Positions 38,534 to 48,022 are shown, numbered from the stretch's first letter. The stretch is 59,521 nucleotides of DNA from Burkholderiales bacterium (GCA_049698095.1 JBAVXA010000037.1:1-59521); one strand, 5' to 3'. Numbers and translations are program-made. Notes: generated by a model not told the origin, from the sequence alone.

Positions 38534-39736
38534 ATGAAGTGGATAAAAAGAATCGTTTCGGTAGTCCTTTTGCTGGCACTGGCCGGCCTGCTTGCGTGGT
38601 CGTTCATGCCGCGTCCGCTGGAAGTGGAAATTGCGCAGGTAATTAAAGGCCGATTCGTGCAAACCATCGACGAAGACGGGCGCACGCGCGTGCGTAACCG
38701 CTTTATTGTGTCAGCGCCGCTCGCGGGGAGGCTGGAGCGTATAAGTCTGCTCGAAGGCGATAAGGTGGAAAAAAACGCCGTATTGGCCAATATATACCCT
38801 TCCGTTCCGGCGTTGCTTGATGTGCGCACGGAGCAGGAATTGAAAGCGCGCGTGGGTGCCGCGGAAGCCGGCAAGCTGCGTGCCGCGGTCAACGTCGAAC
38901 GGGCGCAGGTCGCTTTGTTGCAGGCCAAAGCCGACTATGAACGAACGCGCAAGCTTGCATCGGAATCATTTGTTTCGCCGACCAAACTCGAGGCTGACAG
39001 GCTGAACGTCGCATTGAGCGAAAAAGGGCTCGATTCGGCAAAGCAGGAAGTCCATTTGGCCGAGCATGACCTCGAGGTCGCGCGCTCTGCGTTGATGCAG
39101 GTACGTAATCCTGCCGCTGCTTCATCCGGAAAATTATGGCCGGTGCGCTCGCCAGTAACCGGCCGGGTACTTAAAGTCGTACAGCAAAACGAGACCGTGG
39201 TAAATGTCGGCACGCCGCTACTTGAACTGGGCAACGCGCACGACCTGGAAGTGCTGGTGGATGTGTTGACCAGCGAGGCGGTTCGCATCGCACCCGGCGC
39301 GACCGTCCTGTTCGAACGCTGGGGCGGCGCGGAAAAACTGGAAGGCCTGGTGCGGCTGATCGAGCCATCGGCGTTTACCAAGATATCCGCCCTCGGCGTC
39401 GAAGAGCAAAGGGTGAATGTGATTATCGACATCATTTCTGAGCCGGAAAAATGGCGCGCTGTCGGCGACGGTTATCGTGTCGAGGCCCGCATTGTCGTCA
39501 ATGCGCTTGCCGATGCTACGCTGGTTCCGGTGAGCGCGTTGTTTCGCGATGGCGAGCGGTGGGCGGTGTTTGCATTGGCCGACGGGCGCGCAGTTAAACG
39601 CAATGTGCAAACCGGTGCGCGCAGCGGTTTGGTGGCAGTCGTGGAGCAAGGGTTGCAGCCGGGAGATAACGTCATCATCTATCCGGGCGACGCAGTCAAG
39701 AATGAAGCAAAGGTCAAAGTTCGCGTGCGCGAATGA
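38534..39736 (+). CDS. Periplasmic adaptor (HlyD/MFP family) subunit
   Basis: N-terminal anchor, lipoyl half-motifs (VSAPLAGRLERISLLEGDKV / VRSPVTGRVLKV), and a coiled-coil hairpin between them. Confidence 0.9.
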   Translation: MKWIKRIVSVVLLLALAGLLAWSFMPRPLEVEIAQVIKGRFVQTIDEDGRTRVRNRFIVSAPLAGRLERISLLEGDKVEKNAVLANIYPSVPALLDVRTEQELKARVGAAEAGKLRAAVNVERAQVALLQAKADYERTRKLASESFVSPTKLEADRLNVALSEKGLDSAKQEVHLAEHDLEVARSALMQVRNPAAASSGKLWPVRSPVTGRVLKVVQQNETVVNVGTPLLELGNAHDLEVLVDVLTSEAVRIAPGATVLFERWGGAEKLEGLVRLIEPSAFTKISALGVEEQRVNVIIDIISEPEKWRAVGDGYRVEARIVVNALADATLVPVSALFRDGERWAVFALADGRAVKRNVQTGARSGLVAVVEQGLQPGDNVIIYPGDAVKNEAKVKVRVRE

Positions 39737-39785
39737 TGAGATATCTGTTTAATTTTATTTAATTATTTAGTGGAAGCTGGCAGCC

Positions 39786-40352
39786 ATGAATGATCAAAAA
39801 CCAATCGGAAATCGCACCTGTCTATACTCCACCATGCAACTCGACGGCGTCATCGGCAACATGGCGCGCCAGGCGGCAGGCCTGCTCACCGCGCGCACGC
39901 TGATCACCGTGGTCGGCATATTACGCCGTGGCGCCCCGCTCGCGGATCGCCTCTGTGCAAAACTGAAACAGGATTATGGGGGCGGTAATATACGACGCCT
40001 CGATCTTTCCATCAAGCGCTATGCCGACGACTTGACGCTGTTGCACCCAGAAACGAAACTTACAGAGGCGCCCGAGCAGGCGCTGCTCGACCTGACCGGC
40101 CATACTGTGTTGGTGGTGGATGACGTCATGTATCAGGGGCACTCCATGTTGCGCGCGGTGCAGTATCTGGCGCAGAAAAAACCGGCGGAAATACGGACTG
40201 TGGTGCTGGTCGACCGTGGTGTGGCAAAACTGCCTGTGCGCACCGATGTGATCGGTGTACGTCTGGACGTCGCACAAGGGGATATTATCGAATGCAACGT
40301 CCCGCCGTATGAAGATGAATTCAAAATTGAATTGCTGCAGCCGCTACGTTGA
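39786..40352 (+). CDS. PyrR-like phosphoribosyltransferase family protein
   Basis: PRPP loop VLVVDDVMYQGHSM. PyrR-like segments LDLSIKRYADDL and VVLVDRGVAKLPVRTDVIG. Not next to pyr genes here. Confidence 0.75.
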   Translation: MNDQKPIGNRTCLYSTMQLDGVIGNMARQAAGLLTARTLITVVGILRRGAPLADRLCAKLKQDYGGGNIRRLDLSIKRYADDLTLLHPETKLTEAPEQALLDLTGHTVLVVDDVMYQGHSMLRAVQYLAQKKPAEIRTVVLVDRGVAKLPVRTDVIGVRLDVAQGDIIECNVPPYEDEFKIELLQPLR

Positions 40353-40404
40353 CAAAGCCGTGCCATGGCTGGATCCGTAATGCATTCGTAAGGATGCCGA
40401 CAAA

Positions 40405-40770
40405 ATGCCGAACTCAAAAAATATCGCGGGTCTACTTGGGCCAACGCTGATTGCCATAAGTGCGTCGGAAGCGCTGAATTTTCATATCTGGGCGACCAAT
40501 AGTGCGGCGGTGATTTATTTAAACGGGACGCTGTTATGGATAGGCGGTCTGGCCATCGTTCGTGCGCATAATCATTGGGTGCGCGGCTGGCCAGTGATCA
40601 TCAGTCTCATCGGCTGGTTCATTATGATTCTGGGGTTATTCAGAATGTTTTTTCCCGAGGCGCAGCAGCTGGGCCAAGGCCGCCTAACGTATGCCGGGCT
40701 GACGGCGCTTTGCGCGATCGGCGTCTTCCTGACCGTCAAAGGCTACAGCCGGAAAGAGCAGCATATTTGA
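40405..40770 (+). CDS. Hypothetical membrane protein (4 predicted helices)
   Basis: 121-aa hydrophobic ORF with coding-like composition. No recognised motif. Confidence 0.55.
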   Translation: MPNSKNIAGLLGPTLIAISASEALNFHIWATNSAAVIYLNGTLLWIGGLAIVRAHNHWVRGWPVIISLIGWFIMILGLFRMFFPEAQQLGQGRLTYAGLTALCAIGVFLTVKGYSRKEQHI

Positions 40771-40914
40771 GCCCTGACCGCATCAAAATTGATCCAAATC
40801 ATTTGCCAGTCGATCCCTTACATTATTATCCAATCTGGCGCTGCGGCATTTACGCTGCCTGCTCCCAACCGCCATTCTTGCGCAGCAATAAGTACTTCAT
40901 GCAGGACGCTGAAC

Positions 40915-41505
40915 ATGAAAACAATCCTCATGGCAGTCGTGGCCATTCTGGTAATCGGATTGACCGTCGTCACGCTCAGCGTCGAATCTGAGGCGAAGTA
41001 CCAGCTTGAAGTTCTCGAAAGCCACGGCAACGCCAAAGCGTTGATCCTGTTTCATCCCAGCCGCGATGCGCATTTCAGCGACGAACTTTCGCTCGCAATC
41101 GCAGACGGGTTGAAAACGGCTGGATTTTCCGTGCAGCGAGCGACCGTTACCAGAAGCACGCCGGGAGCGCCCAAGGAGTTTGCGCTGATAGCAGTGGTGG
41201 GTAACACATACTGGTGGACACCCGATCTCCCTACCCTGCGCTATCTGGCGCGGGCACGCCTCGACAATATTCCCGCGGTCGGGATAATCGGTGGTGCAGG
41301 CGCAACCGAAAGATCACAGCGCATGTTGGACGAAGCGCTGCGCAAAACCGGGGCGAACGTGATTCAGACGCGCGCATTCTGGCTCTTCCGCTCCAACGAC
41401 GAGGCACGCATGAACGAACCGAACCGGCAAGTGGCGCTGCAAATGGCCATGCAGTTTGGTGCGAGCGCAGGGAAAAACGCGTTAGCACCAGGCAAACAGC
41501 GATAG
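40915..41505 (+). CDS. Membrane-anchored hypothetical protein (flavodoxin-like fold suspected)
   Basis: ATG 40915 behind AGGA gives an N-terminal TM (MKTILMAVVAILVIGLTVVTL). This is followed by alternating beta/alpha-like segments (ALILFHPS..., ALIAVVGNTYWW). The assignment is tentative. Confidence 0.45.
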   Translation: MKTILMAVVAILVIGLTVVTLSVESEAKYQLEVLESHGNAKALILFHPSRDAHFSDELSLAIADGLKTAGFSVQRATVTRSTPGAPKEFALIAVVGNTYWWTPDLPTLRYLARARLDNIPAVGIIGGAGATERSQRMLDEALRKTGANVIQTRAFWLFRSNDEARMNEPNRQVALQMAMQFGASAGKNALAPGKQR

Positions 41506-41511
41506 CGGTTA

Positions 41512-42492
41512 TTGGGGGAAACCGTAAAGCGTCGCTCTGTTACCGTGGTTATCGCGATTCTTCTGTTGATCGTGGTGTTTTTGGTGTCGTGGCGGTTTGA
41601 CGCCGACATCAAGGCCGCCGCCGTCCGGGCGTCAAACGGGAGCGTTGTGGTCGCAACGCGTTGCGGCGCGATTGAGTACCAGGAGGCGGGCACTGGCGTA
41701 CCCCTTCTAATGATCCACGGCAGCGGTGGCGGGCATGACCAGGGAATGGCATTCGCAGAGCCGCTGGCAAAGCGCGGAATCAGGTTGATCGCGATGTCAC
41801 GCTTCGGTTACCTGCGCACACCCATGCCAGTCGACGCGTCGCCGGCCGCCCAAGCGGATGCCAATGTGTGCCTGCTCGACGCGCTAGGCATTCAGCAAGC
41901 TGCAGTACTAGGGGTTTCGGCGGGCGGGCCGTCGGCAATGCAGACTGCCATCCGTCATCCAGATCGCGTACTGGCGCTGGCGCTGGTCGTGCCATTAGCT
42001 TACAAACCCGGTTCGGCAGCTGACTCGGCGGCGCCGATGTCGCCATGGGCGCAGACGGTGCTGATGCAGTTGATTGGGTCGGACTTCCTCTTCTGGTCCG
42101 CGCTTCACCTGGCACGTGAGCAGGTAATCAGGCGTGTATTGGCCACCCCGCCCGAATTGCTCGCGCACGCCGATCCGGCGGAACACCAGCGAGTAAGTTC
42201 GATACTCGAAAAAATTCTGCCCGTATCCATCCGCGCACAGGGCTTGCGCGATGACTCGGTGCTGGGGATAAATATTGCACGTTACCCGCTAGAGACGATT
42301 CGCGTGCCGACGCTGGTGATCAGCGCGCGCGACGACGGCTTCGGCACCTACGCCAGGGCGGAATACACGGCGAGTCAAATAGGAAATGCAAGGTTTATCG
42401 GATTCGAGAAAGGCGGACACGTCCTGGTAGGCCATAACGACGTGGTTATGGCGGCAATCGCAAACCTGGTTGTTTCCCGCGCTTTGCCGTGA
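41512..42492 (+). CDS. Alpha/beta-fold hydrolase, membrane-anchored
   Basis: N-terminal TM, oxyanion HGSGGG, nucleophile elbow GVSAGG, C-terminal GGHVLVGH. TTG start. Confidence 0.85.
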   Translation: MGETVKRRSVTVVIAILLLIVVFLVSWRFDADIKAAAVRASNGSVVVATRCGAIEYQEAGTGVPLLMIHGSGGGHDQGMAFAEPLAKRGIRLIAMSRFGYLRTPMPVDASPAAQADANVCLLDALGIQQAAVLGVSAGGPSAMQTAIRHPDRVLALALVVPLAYKPGSAADSAAPMSPWAQTVLMQLIGSDFLFWSALHLAREQVIRRVLATPPELLAHADPAEHQRVSSILEKILPVSIRAQGLRDDSVLGINIARYPLETIRVPTLVISARDDGFGTYARAEYTASQIGNARFIGFEKGGHVLVGHNDVVMAAIANLVVSRALP

Positions 42493-42586
42493 ACATTGAA
42501 CTTTGTCGGAACTGCCCACGTCCGGTTTCATTGTGCGGACGGTTGCGGACCACAGGCAAATTCCCGAGTAGTCGCGCGAGCTGTCT

Positions 42587-42997
42587 TTACTGGTTTTCTC
42601 CGGCAGCTTGCCGCCACAGAGAAATGAAAAATGGCGCGCAGGCAAACAACAGCAGACTCAAACTGTATGCGGTGCCCGATACAGGGTCTCGACTGGCGAA
42701 ATATTCGTTAATGGTCAAGCCTCGAAGTGCGAGGACCAGGGTAAATTCTGTCGCGAGCATGAAGGCGAGCGCGAGCAAGCCGACAACCAGCCAGCGGGAA
42801 AGAGCAGATTGCACGTGACGTTGCACCAGCCAGCGCGCGATAATAAAGACTGCGGCCAGCATAAAGGGAATCTCGATCAGTTCAGCCGTTCTCGCGCCCA
42901 GCCCGGGAACCATCCATAGCGTGCGGATGACGCCCAGCACGAAGCCGACAGCGAATACCATAGAAAAATAAACAAATGCAGGTTTCAGAAGGCGCAA
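42587..42997 (-). CDS. Hypothetical membrane protein (4 helices)
   Basis: 136-aa hydrophobic ORF. No diagnostic motif. Confidence 0.55.
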   Translation of the reverse strand: MRLLKPAFVYFSMVFAVGFVLGVIRTLWMVPGLGARTAELIEIPFMLAAVFIIARWLVQRHVQSALSRWLVVGLLALAFMLATEFTLVLALRGLTINEYFASRDPVSGTAYSLSLLLFACAPFFISLWRQAAGENQ

Positions 42998-43114
42998 TGT
43001 TGTTTAAGACAGCAATTTAGCGGATTGCGGCATTTACTTCAGCCTATCAATTATTAGATGAAAAAAATCAGTACCATGATTTGCAACGTTCACGTGGCAA
43101 TCAAAAATATTCGT

Positions 43115-43540
43115 TCAGCTTCTTTCGCGCTGCGCATCGCGGTTAGCCTGCAGCTCACGTTGCAATGCCATGACTTCCCGCCGAAGCTCGCGGATATCTT
43201 TGTGTAGTTCCTGCTCGAGACTCTTTTCGTCCTGTCCGACGAACATGGCCGCTATCGCTGCGGTTGCCACGGAAAGTATGCTGAAACCGAGCAGGACCAT
43301 GATGACTGCAAACAGACGGGACAAGAATGTCGTCGGAACAAAGTCGCCGTAACCCACTGTTGCGCCGGTCGTGAACGCGAGCCAAAGCCCGTCGACATAA
43401 GTCCCGACCGTCGGCTCCAGCAGATAAAATCCCAGCCCGGCAAAAGCCCAGGTGATGAGGCCGAAAGCGAATATCGCCACCGTGCGTGAGTGTAGCTTGT
43501 CTTTGAGATTCATTCGCAACATGTTATTGCTAACGGACAT
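43115..43540 (-). CDS. Two-TM potassium channel with C-terminal coiled coil
   Basis: K+ selectivity filter TTGATVGYGD between two TM helices. The charged helical tail (EQELHKDIRELRREVMALQRELQANRD) suggests tetramerisation or gating. Confidence 0.85.
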   Translation of the reverse strand: MSVSNNMLRMNLKDKLHSRTVAIFAFGLITWAFAGLGFYLLEPTVGTYVDGLWLAFTTGATVGYGDFVPTTFLSRLFAVIMVLLGFSILSVATAAIAAMFVGQDEKSLEQELHKDIRELRREVMALQRELQANRDAQRERS

Positions 43541-43598
43541 TTGCTTTGAATTTCTTTACGTTTAGACGTCGCGGGAGAAAGCGCAAAATGCCATGCAT

Positions 43599-43967
43599 TT
43601 ATCCCAGGGGCTTACTTTTTTTCCACAAGCCAACGGCAAGCGGGCTGAGGAAGGTCACTGCGTAATACAGATACACGTCCAGTTTATAGTATCCATCCGG
43701 CGGCTGGAACAATTTGACCAGGAACAGGTAGTCGAAAACAATCGCTATCGCCGTTCAAACGGCCGCCAGCTGCAAGTAGTATTGAAAGCCATTCGCCTTC
43801 ACTTTCCTGAGCAGCACCCAAAAAGTTATTATTATTCCTATTGGCATAATTATCCAACCAATCACCGCTGGAGAAACAACAAAGAAAAAAATGATCCCAA
43901 GCAAGTAGCCGATAAGCCAGAGGGCTATTCCCCAACCAAACGCATCTCGCCAAAATTGTCTGCTCAC
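43599..43967 (-). pseudogene. Membrane-protein gene interrupted by an in-frame TGA (codon 71)
   Basis: A GTG-start 70-aa ORF (43758-43967) ends at TGA (43755-43757). The same frame then continues without any start codon for 51 more hydrophobic-pattern codons (TAIAIVFDYLFLVKLFQPPDGYYKLDVYLYYAVTFLSPLAVGLWKKSKPLG) to TAA at 43599. Confidence 0.5.
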
Positions 43968-44010
43968 GCGAACCTATATCCCTGATTGACTACATGGATT
44001 TAGAATCAAG

Positions 44011-44289
44011 TCATGGCTTCTTCATTATTTCATCAATCTTCTTTTTCTCCCATTCAGATCCAAACCTGCCGCCAAAACCGAACGTACCAACCGCCTGGGC
44101 GACAATCGCTATTCCCCAGCCAAATACGACCCACAGAAACCACCAAGGCCCGCCGCTTGAAAGATTGATCAGAAAAAGCATGGAGATCACCAGCAGGTAA
44201 ATCGTCAGGTGAATATAAAAGTCCTTGATTTTTGCCACTTGCCGTTTCGCGGCCAGATATTTCTCTTCCTGTTCCATGTTTCTCTCCAT
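44011..44289 (-). CDS. 2TM-domain small membrane protein
   Basis: An amphipathic N-terminus (AKRQVAKIKDFYIHL) followed by two TM helices matches the '2TM domain' family pattern. Confidence 0.7.
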   Translation of the reverse strand: MERNMEQEEKYLAAKRQVAKIKDFYIHLTIYLLVISMLFLINLSSGGPWWFLWVVFGWGIAIVAQAVGTFGFGGRFGSEWEKKKIDEIMKKP

Positions 44290-44346
44290 ATGCCCAAAGT
44301 CTGCAAATTTCGTTGAACTATTTCACGGTTCTCGCTCCGAGAATTT

Positions 44347-45159
44347 TTACGCATGACGCCGGTAAATCAGGTAATACACCAATGCCACCATGACACTGCC
44401 ACCGACAATATTGCCTAAGGTGACGGGCAACAGATTTTGCGCGAAGCCGAGCCAGCTCAGTTCCGCGCCGGATGCTCCGTATCCCGCACCCTGAAGCAAA
44501 ATACCGAGGGGAACAAAGAACATATTGGCGACGCTATGTTCGAAGCCGGCGGCGACAAAGGCAGAGATCGGAAATATCACCGCAAGGATTTTGTCGGTGA
44601 CAGTATGGCCGGCAAGGCTCAACCACACGGCCATACATACAAGCGCGTTGCATAGGACGCCTTTGAAAAACGCCTCCGCAAACGGCATAGCGGTTTTGGT
44701 AGCTGCAATTTTTACGTATTGCCCGCCGACTCCTCCGCCAGCCATATCGGCATGGTGAGACCAGTAGACCAGCAGTGCAAGACCGATTGCCCCGGCCGCG
44801 TTGGAAATATAAACCAGCCCCCAATTGCGCAGGACTTCTACAGTGGAAATTTTTCCGTCGGCCCATGCCATCACCAACATGTTATTGCCGGTGAATAATT
44901 CCGCGCCGGCCACGACAACCAGCACCAGACCGAGTGAAAATGTCAGCCCCATCAACAATCGCTGTAGGGCAAACCCAAGCGAGGCATCGCTGGAAACCAG
45001 AGTCGAAAATATTGCGCCGAAACCGATAAATGCACCCGCCAGGATGCCGAGAAGGATCAACGGAACCAGCGGCAAGTGCGCCTTGGCTACGCCTACAGTT
45101 TCGACCCGCTCGGCAATTTGCGCTGGAGAGTAAGCATCGAATCCAAATAATTCGGGCAT
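44347..45159 (-). CDS. Formate/nitrite transporter (FNT) family channel
   Basis: 270 aa, six TMs. FNT hallmarks (AGAELFTGNN, GFEHSVANMF, LGNIVGG). Confidence 0.9.
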   Translation of the reverse strand: MPELFGFDAYSPAQIAERVETVGVAKAHLPLVPLILLGILAGAFIGFGAIFSTLVSSDASLGFALQRLLMGLTFSLGLVLVVVAGAELFTGNNMLVMAWADGKISTVEVLRNWGLVYISNAAGAIGLALLVYWSHHADMAGGGVGGQYVKIAATKTAMPFAEAFFKGVLCNALVCMAVWLSLAGHTVTDKILAVIFPISAFVAAGFEHSVANMFFVPLGILLQGAGYGASGAELSWLGFAQNLLPVTLGNIVGGSVMVALVYYLIYRRHA

Positions 45160-45165
45160 ATGGAG

Positions 45166-45615
45166 CTATCTGCGCGATTGCATTTCACGGCGCTGCTCTT
45201 TCAGCGTGAGTTTCGATATTTCGGTGAGTTCCAGCGCCAGCTCTCCTATCAGGTCGTCCACGGTCACAATCCCGACAAGGCTGCCGGCGACATTGACAAC
45301 CGGCATCCGGCGGATTCCTTTCAGGCACATCAGGCGTAGCGTATCATCGCGTTCGTCCAATTCGTCCGCCGTCAACAGGTTGCCAACCAGAATATCACCA
45401 AGGGTGATGACCTTTGGATCAAGGCCCATCGCCACGACTTCAACCACGATGTCGCGGTCGGTCACAATGCCGACGGGAAGACGCTCCCCGTCAACAGTGT
45501 CGATGACAACCAAGTCACCCACATGCTGGTGACGCATGAGGTCGGAGGCTTCGGCAATCGTGGTGTCGCGCGTAGCGAACACCACATTGCGGTTGCACAG
45601 ACTGCCTATCGGCAT
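45166..45615 (-). CDS. CBS-pair domain protein
   Basis: Two CBS repeats (VGDLVVID...GIVTDRDIV and IRRMPVVN...GIVTVDDLI). No other domain. Lies 6 nt upstream of the FNT gene. Confidence 0.9.
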   Translation of the reverse strand: MPIGSLCNRNVVFATRDTTIAEASDLMRHQHVGDLVVIDTVDGERLPVGIVTDRDIVVEVVAMGLDPKVITLGDILVGNLLTADELDERDDTLRLMCLKGIRRMPVVNVAGSLVGIVTVDDLIGELALELTEISKLTLKEQRREMQSRR

Positions 45616-45669
45616 GCTAACGACTCCTTGGTTGAATTGGCAGACAAAAATTATGCCGACATTTTCCCG

Positions 45670-46008
45670 TCAAATATCGGATTCGGCGACATCATCTCCA
45701 CCTTCATTCAGCAAATTATCCAGATCCTCGCTCCCATCAGCAACACCGCCGTCTTCCTCTGCAGCTTGCAAATTTTGCCGCTTCGCGTCGGAGAGTGCCG
45801 TCAGGGGCGTGTGGCGTTCCGCAGGATCAAACGGCGCGGTGAACTTGTCCTCGTCGGCACCTTGCGGATCAACCGCATTCCTCGCTCTGGCGCGCTGGCG
45901 GACTGACGGCTTACGCGCCGCATTCGCATCGGAAGGTTTCGATGTTTTTGCCCCCCGGGCGAGTCTTGTTCCCGAGTGTGCAATGTGCTTGTCAATGGTT
46001 CCTGGCAT
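45670..46008 (-). CDS. Hypothetical low-complexity protein (basic N-half, acidic C-half)
   Basis: AGGAG RBS 8 nt before ATG 46008. 112 aa, predicted disordered. First gene after a perfect FNR box with a TATAAT -10. Confidence 0.6.
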   Translation of the reverse strand: MPGTIDKHIAHSGTRLARGAKTSKPSDANAARKPSVRQRARARNAVDPQGADEDKFTAPFDPAERHTPLTALSDAKRQNLQAAEEDGGVADGSEDLDNLLNEGGDDVAESDI

Positions 46009-46146
46009 GCCTGGCTCCTGATCGAAATCGGGAAGACCTGCTTCTGACGTGCATCACCGATACTATTGCAGGGCGTCGCTTTCGCCAACCCAATCAGAAA
46101 CAAATCGTTCTCAAAGATAATTATATGAGGCTGCATTGCAGGAATA

Positions 46147-46160
46147 TTGATCTATATCAA
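46147..46160 (-). promoter_or_regulatory. Perfect FNR/ANR box with consensus -10
   Basis: TTGATctatATCAA (10/10). On the minus strand TATAAT (46125-46120) begins 21 nt past the box, placing the box centre near -41.5. Confidence 0.7.
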
Positions 46161-46179
46161 TCAAACCGGATTGCGCATT

Positions 46180-47988
46180 TTATTGTATCGAAGAGGGACA
46201 GCAGGCGGATTCAGCGTCCGTGTTTGCTGGCCGCAACACCGCCCCGCGCACTGAATTCGGTCGATAGGCGGTACAGCCCTTGAGGCCGAGCGTATACGCA
46301 AGGTCGAATACGGTATGAAAATCCGCAAACTCCGTCGCCGGCGGGATATAGACGGTTTTTGAAATGGCATTGTCGACAAAACGCTGCAATGCCGCCTGCA
46401 TGGAAAGCTGCGCCGCCGGGCTGATATGGTCAGCAGTCATAAATGCTGACGGCAATGGTGCGGCTGAGCCGTGCATCCGGCTGTATAAGTCGCTGGCATA
46501 ATCAGTCATCCTTGCGCTTCTGGCGCTGCCATCCGATTGAACGATATCGCGCCGGTAGTCAAAGGCGAATACCGGCTCCAGGCCGCTGGAAACGTTATTG
46601 GCCAACAGGCTTATCGTACCGGTGGGCGCGATGGCGATGAGATGGCTGTTGCGAATTCCCTGAGCAGCTATGCCGTCGGAAATATCCTGCGGCAGTGCGC
46701 GGATGAATTCACCCTGCAGATATTTTGCCGTGTCGAAACACCCGAATGCCCCCTTCTCTTTTGCCAACGCAATCGACGCGCGGTAGGCGCTATGGCAAAT
46801 CGTTTGCATGACCGCCTCCGCCTGAATTATCGACTCGGCGGAGCCGTAAATCTGTCCGAGCATAATCAGTGCATCGGCGAGGCCGGTGATGCCGAGGCCG
46901 ATGCGCCGCGAAGCGATCGCGGTTTCCGCCTGCTGCGGCAGCGGAAACTTAGACAGATCGTAAACGTTATCGAGCATGCGCACGGCGATGGCGGCGGTAT
47001 CGGCAATGGCGCCAAGATCCATTCGTGCAGTCGGGGTAAACGGCTCCTGCACAAACTGCGTCAGGTTGATCGAGCCGAGGTCGCATGCGCCGTAAGGCGG
47101 CAGGGGAATCTCGCCACAAGGGTTGGTCGCGCTGATTTGCTCGCAATAACGCAGATTATTTGCACGTTGCACGCGGTCGATGAAGAGGACGCCCGGCTCA
47201 GAAAAATTGTAGTTGGCACGTAGCAGTTTCTGCCATAGCGCGCGTGCACCGACGTGGTGAAACACTTTGCACTGGACCGGCGCGGCGTATCCCGGCCATT
47301 CGCGCATGACAGTTTCGCCGCTGCCGACGTCCGGCTTACCCGCCAGCGGAAATATCAGCGGCCAGTTTTCGTCACGTTGTACCGCCTGCATGAATGCATC
47401 GCTTACCAGTACTGACAGATTGAAGTTTCGAAGCGCGCCGGTTTCGTGTTTTGCGTCAATGAACAGGCCAATATCCGGATGGTCGCAGCGGAGGGTCGCC
47501 ATCATGGCGCCGCGGCGCGCGCCGGTGGAAAGAATGGTCCCGCACATGCTGTCCCAGATATGCATGAAAGATACCGGCCCTGAAGCGACAGAACCCACGC
47601 TCGCCGCAAGCGTGCCGGCCGGACGCAGAGTGGAAAAATCATAGCCGACTCCGCCGCCCTGCTGCATGGTGATGGCGCCCTGCTTGAGTGCGTCAAAAAT
47701 GCCGTCCATTGAATCGTCGATAGTGCCCATGACAAAACAATTGAACAGCGTGACACGGCGCCCGGTACCGGCGCCGGCCTGGATGCGTCCGCCAGGCAGG
47801 AAGCAAAAGTTTTCCAGCGCGCCGTAGAAACGCGCCTCCCATTCCGCCGAATGCATGGGCTCAACCGATGCCAGCGCGTGCGCTACTCTGCGCCAGGTAT
47901 CGGCAATCGTGTTATCGGTCTCACGCCAGCGGTACTTGCTGTCCCATATCTGTTCGGAAACCTCGGAGGAAAAATGACGTGCGCGCAT
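46180..47988 (-). CDS. nrdJ: Class II (adenosylcobalamin-dependent) ribonucleotide reductase
   Basis: 602 aa. Segments LPGGRIQAGAGT, LFNCFV, QGGGVGYDFSTLRP, GARRGAMMATL and NPCGEIPLPPYGACDLGSINL, with the catalytic Cys/Asn/Glu context. No class I R2-interaction tail. Confidence 0.9.
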   Translation of the reverse strand: MRARHFSSEVSEQIWDSKYRWRETDNTIADTWRRVAHALASVEPMHSAEWEARFYGALENFCFLPGGRIQAGAGTGRRVTLFNCFVMGTIDDSMDGIFDALKQGAITMQQGGGVGYDFSTLRPAGTLAASVGSVASGPVSFMHIWDSMCGTILSTGARRGAMMATLRCDHPDIGLFIDAKHETGALRNFNLSVLVSDAFMQAVQRDENWPLIFPLAGKPDVGSGETVMREWPGYAAPVQCKVFHHVGARALWQKLLRANYNFSEPGVLFIDRVQRANNLRYCEQISATNPCGEIPLPPYGACDLGSINLTQFVQEPFTPTARMDLGAIADTAAIAVRMLDNVYDLSKFPLPQQAETAIASRRIGLGITGLADALIMLGQIYGSAESIIQAEAVMQTICHSAYRASIALAKEKGAFGCFDTAKYLQGEFIRALPQDISDGIAAQGIRNSHLIAIAPTGTISLLANNVSSGLEPVFAFDYRRDIVQSDGSARSARMTDYASDLYSRMHGSAAPLPSAFMTADHISPAAQLSMQAALQRFVDNAISKTVYIPPATEFADFHTVFDLAYTLGLKGCTAYRPNSVRGAVLRPANTDAESACCPSSIQ

Positions 47989-48022
47989 GCGATCAACGAA
48001 TGTGTTCCATGAACTGATTTTT

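Noticed and set aside
43755-43757. In-frame TGA read as selenocysteine or programmed read-through
   Set aside because: I see no SECIS-like stem-loop immediately downstream, and there are no sel genes in the window. A TGG-to-TGA nonsense change or a sequencing error is the simpler explanation.
44329-44343. Hairpin TTCTCG-CTC-CGAGAA followed by TTTTT, which looks like a terminator
   Set aside because: The U-tract follows the stem only on the plus strand, where there is no gene to terminate. On the gene-bearing minus strand there is no U-tract. It may be an intercistronic structure, so I did not call it.
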